From the NCBI RefSeq assembly GCF_963921235.1, contig NC_086097.1, positions 241,864,001 through 241,928,000 on the forward strand: DNA of 64,000 bases, read 5' to 3'. Shown in pieces: positions 59,898-64,000 of this stretch (the first letter of the stretch is position 1; every line of letters begins with the position of its first letter). Position numbers and translations under genes: made by a program. Source of the DNA: Mobula hypostoma. Its lineage: Eukaryota. The notes beneath the pieces are model-generated. The model was not told the origin of the DNA. It saw nothing but the letters and a program-made list of their open reading frames with translations, and made no database searches.

Positions 59898-60435
59898 AAA
59901 GGGTGTGTTGGCACTGAGGAGGGTCCAGAGGAGGGTCAGCACAACATTGTGGGCCGAAGGGCCTGTACTGTGCTGTGCTGTACTATTCTATGTTCTATGA
60001 CACAAGAACGATCACACGTGAGAAAAGTTTGAAGGCTATGGGCCTGTACTCACTGGAGTTTAGAAGTAAGGTGGGGGGGGGGGAAATCTTGTTGAAACCT
60101 ATCAAATATTTAAAGGCCTAGAGGGGATGTGGAGAGGAGGTTTCTTATAGTGTAAAGAGTCTAGGACTAGAGGACACAGCTTCAGAACTATGGGATGCTC
60201 ACTTAGAACAGAGATGAGGAGGAATTTCTTTAGCCACAGGGAAGTGAACCTGTGGAATTCATTGCCATAAATGGCTGTGGAGGTCAGGTCATTGGGTATA
60301 TTTATAGCCGAGGTTAATAGGCTCTTGATTAGAAAGGGCATCAAAGGTTACAGGGAGAAACCTGTAGAATAGCCATGACTGATTGACAGACAGTGGGCTG
60401 AACGGACTAATTCTGTTCCTACGTCTTATGATCTT
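59898..60435 (+). mobile_element. CR1 LINE 3' end with a nested short CR1 tail
   Basis: ggagggtccagaggagg...gagatgaggaggaatttctttagcca...tcttatgatctta. Confidence 0.8.
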
Positions 60436-60847
60436 AGGATTACAAATACACAGACCATCTTAAATCCCTACAAATGGATTTGTAAAATAGTTCACTTGAA
60501 CTTTGTGGTAAAGGCTCCACAATTGCATTGTCAGTGAGTTCCCAGATTTACTGTGGAAGATAAAGAATCCATGATAATTTCCAAGTCACGTTAAGTGCAA
60601 GTGAAATTAAACTTGCAGGCAGGGTCCTTACAACACGCCTGCTGCCCTTATCCCTTCAGATCCAATTTGCTGTAGTTTTGAGAAGTTCTGTCAAAGACAG
60701 CTTGTCTAGTTCCACTCCACATCTGACTGATGAATTACATCGTAGCTACAGTCTGCAGGGAATGAACATTCATGATGATGAAGGATCAGCTTTTGACTCA
60801 TCAGTTGAGTGTGGCTATCAGCAAAGGTTTCCTGTCTCACACTTCAC

Positions 60848-61235
60848 ATCAGAATCAGAACCAGGTTTAATATCTCCAGCATATGTCGTGAAATTTTGTT
60901 TTATGGCAGTACACTGTAATACATAGTAATAAAAACTATAAATTACAATTAGCATATACAGTCAAAAATTACCTTGGTAGTAGTGCAAAAAGAGGGGGGA
61001 AAATACTGAGGAAGTGTTCATGGGTTTATTGTCCATTAAGAAATCCGACCAAAAGGGAAGAAGCTATTTCTGAAATGTTGAGTGTGTATCTTCAGGCTCC
61101 TGTACCTCCCTCCTTGATGGCAGAAGAGGGGATGTCCTGGGTGATGAGGGTCCTTAATGATGGATACCGCCTTTTAAAGAAGTCCTTGATGCCAATGTCC
61201 ATGATGAAGCTGGCAGAGTTTATAACTTTCTGCAT
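60848..61235 (-). mobile_element. Rex1-type 3' end
   Basis: atcagaatcagaaccaggtttaatatc tail; ttcaggctcctgtacctcc motif. Confidence 0.75.
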
Positions 61236-61484
61236 ATTTTATATCGAGTCAAGTCTCAGAGTTATTCCCTGCTAGCCAGGCATCTCTGATCTGCCGCCTT
61301 TGGTGGGGCTGACTTGGCCATGGAACCAGTCATTCCCAGAGATGGTAACGGAAGAGACAAGATCCTTCAAACCTGCCAAATCAAGTTCTGCTTTACCAGA
61401 CTGAGAAATAGCTCTCCCAGTTCAGGCACAGGACCAGACGTTTGAGGATGACATTACAGGGTCAAATGAGCTGTGCAGAGACTT

Positions 61485-62060
61485 CAGAGTCAGAGTCATA
61501 AAGTCCTAGAAAGTACAGCACAGAATCAGGCCAGTCGGCCCACCTAGTCCATGTGGAACTATTTAAACTGCCTACTCCCAAATACCAGCACCAGGACCAC
61601 TGCTCTCTACACACCTACCTATCCAAACTTCATTTCAGCATTGAAATCAAGCTCACATGCACCACTTGTGATGGCAGCTCATTCCACACTGTCATGACCA
61701 TCTGGTGAAGAAGTTCCCCTCATGTTCCTCTGAAACTTTTCACCTTTCACCCTTAACCCATGATCTCTGGTTGTAGTCCCACCCTACCTCAGCGGAAAAA
61801 GCCATTTACCTTATATCCCTCATAATTTTGTATACCTCTACCAAATCTCCCTTCAATTTTCTATGTTTCAAGGAATAAAGTCCTAACTTTTTCAATCTTT
61901 CCTCATAACTCACGTCCTCCAGACTCTGGCAGCATCCTTGTAAATTTTCTCTGTATTCTTTCAACATTATTTGCATCTTTCCAGTGGGTAGGTGACCAAA
62001 ACTGCACCAATACTTCAAATTAGGTCTCACCAATGTCTTACTCAACTTCAACATAACATC
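61485..62060 (-). mobile_element. CR1 LINE 3' end
   Basis: MLKLSKTLVRPNLKYW..SYEERLKKLGLYSL..KGDLVEVYKIMR. Confidence 0.85.
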
Positions 62061-63560
62061 GCAGTTTACCTTGTCTAAATTCACTAATTTCATGCTGGTT
62101 TTAATCTGATTTGTTTGCAATCAGCAGAATACCAGGACATTTGAGAAAAGAGTTCAGAGTCAAACACATTGCCAATTGTTTCAGGCCAGGCCACACAATG
62201 GATTTCCTTCCCAGATATTCATGAACCAGACGGGATTTATAATCCAGAGGATTTATATATTAATATGGTCTAAAAAAAAGACCCAGTATCAATAAAGGAA
62301 CCAAGGTTACTTCATTCCAACTGCTGAGGTAGAACCTGGAGTCCTTCCAGATCCTTCTCGGCTTTCGCAGAGAACAGTTTGTAACCCAAATTCCCACATG
62401 ACTGGAGATGCCTACAGCCCTGCAGCAGCCAGCAAATCCAACCTGCCAGTCATACAGAGCAAACATGCAGTGCAGTGCAAAGGTCTTAGGCCTTTATAGC
62501 TAGGGTGCCCAAGCCATTTACTCAGTACTGCAATAACTTTATGTATTCCACTACACTTCTGCTGCAAAAAATACCAAATTTCATGACATATACAAGTGAT
62601 GATAAACCTGATTCTGATATGGCTCTCTATTGTGGACTGAGAGTGGGAAGGGGGCAAGGAGAGGGAAAACATTCTGTAACGATCAATAAAAACAAATGCT
62701 TGGAATCAAATGACCTTGCCTGGTGTCTCAGGTCTGCGCCCCTGCCATCAGTCCCACCACAGCATTCCTTCTCTGCTACCTGTCCCACACCCCTCCCACA
62801 ACACTCCACCCTCGCCATTCCCCACTTCTTTTGCTCCCACCAGATTTACAAACTTGCTCTCCGCCTCCCACTGACGAATACAGTACTCTAGCTATATATA
62901 AGTGCCTAAGACTTTTCCACAGTCAGGTGTTTGAAAATGGTAAAGAACAGTATACTTCAGATTATTTGTCCAGGGTACTTGTCTACAAACATGATCATTG
63001 TGCTGTCACTGCAAAATAAAGAACAGACAAGTGATGGAGGATCAGGTGAAACAAAGGCAAGAGGAGTTACCTTAGTGAGATGGGGCAGGATGGGGATGAT
63101 TAAATTCTTTACGTAAATGTAAGCTAGTTAAGCTTCCCTTTCACAATTATTAATTTCTGCCATCTTCAGGAAGACACTACTGCGTGAAATCCTCCCCTGC
63201 CCTTTCAGCCTTTCCCTTTGCACCTCTGTGGTCTAGTTTCCCTTCTGTAAGTTTGCATTTCTTGTCAGTGAAGATTTAACAGCCTCTTCTCTAGAAGTAC
63301 GGATTTCCTCTGCAGCCTACTGAATGGATGTTACAGAGTTGTTACGTTTCTGCACACAGTTTTGACTTTCAGTTCAGTGAGACGACACGTGTGAAAAGGT
63401 TTGCTCCTCTTCCTCCTCTCGGCAAATGGAAATATTTTCCCCGCACAAGTTCAATTTCAGTTCAATTTGAAAGTCAGAGTTAAACTTAAAGTGGGTTCAA
63501 ATTTGAAAATCTAGTCTAGGTAAGGTCCCATACTCCATGAAATCATTGTTCCTTTTCTTT

Positions 63561-64000
63561 AAGTCAAGTCAAGTCTTTCATCATTTAATTATATACATGT
63601 ATACCATCAAACAAAACAATGTTTCTCCGGACCAGGGTATAAAGCACAGTAGTACACATAAGACAAGTATAACATGCAATAACTTAGGAAAATAATTAAA
63701 TCTACAAATGAATTACACAAGTGCATAAATTAAATTTTGTAGGATACAGTACAAATTATCCGGTTAACACTTCAAATGCGATGCAGCAGGAATTTCAGAA
63801 GCCTAATGGCCTAAGGGAACAAACTGTTTCCCATCCTGACTGTTACTGTCTTTATGCATACGAGTCCCCTGCCTAATGGCAGAATAAATATCAAAAAAGA
63901 TGCTGAATGCATGGGTGATACTACTAAGGGTCCTGCACATGCAGCACTCGATATAAATGTCCCCAATGGATCGTAGGGAGGCCCCTATGACCCTCTCGGC
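63561..64000 (-). mobile_element. Rex1-type 3' end with (GACTT)n tail
   Basis: aagtcaagtcaagtc tail; aaactgtttcccatcctgac..cccctgcctaatggcag. Confidence 0.7.

Larger units (their letters stand above)
59829..64000 (-). other. EIF3H: EIF3H intron 1 (3' part)
   Basis: AG acceptor at 59830-59829 with a pyrimidine-rich tract. No exon 1 or CpG island seen before the window end. Confidence 0.8.

Noticed and set aside
1..64000. Prokaryotic systems (CRISPR arrays, operons, retrons, defence islands)
   Set aside because: There is no regularly spaced repeat-spacer array and no dense coding. The sequence is a vertebrate intron.

Overview
This is vertebrate nuclear DNA. The repeat repertoire (HE1/V-SINE-like SINEs, CR1, Rex1/Babar, Penelope-like elements, Tigger/hAT MITEs) points to a cartilaginous fish, probably a ray; that assignment is an inference. 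The only host coding sequence I can support is one 157-bp minus-strand exon (59672-59828), absent from the ORF track. It translates to [52 protein letters not shown], which is EIF3H exon 2. I found no exon 3, so 1-59671 is read as the very long intron 2 and 59829-64000 as intron 1. Nearly all ORFs in the track are fragments of, or antisense readings through, decayed retroelements. The most striking structure is a family of Neptune-type Penelope-like (GIY-YIG) 3' ends carrying a minimal hammerhead ribozyme (agtc-CTGACGA-a-gggtctcggccc-GAAA-cGTC^gact). They have inserted repeatedly as fold-back (inverted) units from about 100 bp to 1.7 kb, most bounded by clean target-site duplications. They share one asymmetry: one arm keeps a ~34-nt tail and the other stops at ...GATGTGTGTTG. 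The youngest unit (46164-47882) is a ~780-bp near-perfect hairpin. Hammerheads and inverted pseudo-LTRs are known for Penelope-like elements in general. The local size series, the chimeric arms, the templated insertion and a ribozyme-only 91-bp insertion are what deserve checking. Several repeat-free blocks look like conserved non-coding enhancers. Repeat boundaries were read by eye and are approximate unless a TSD or TIR is quoted.
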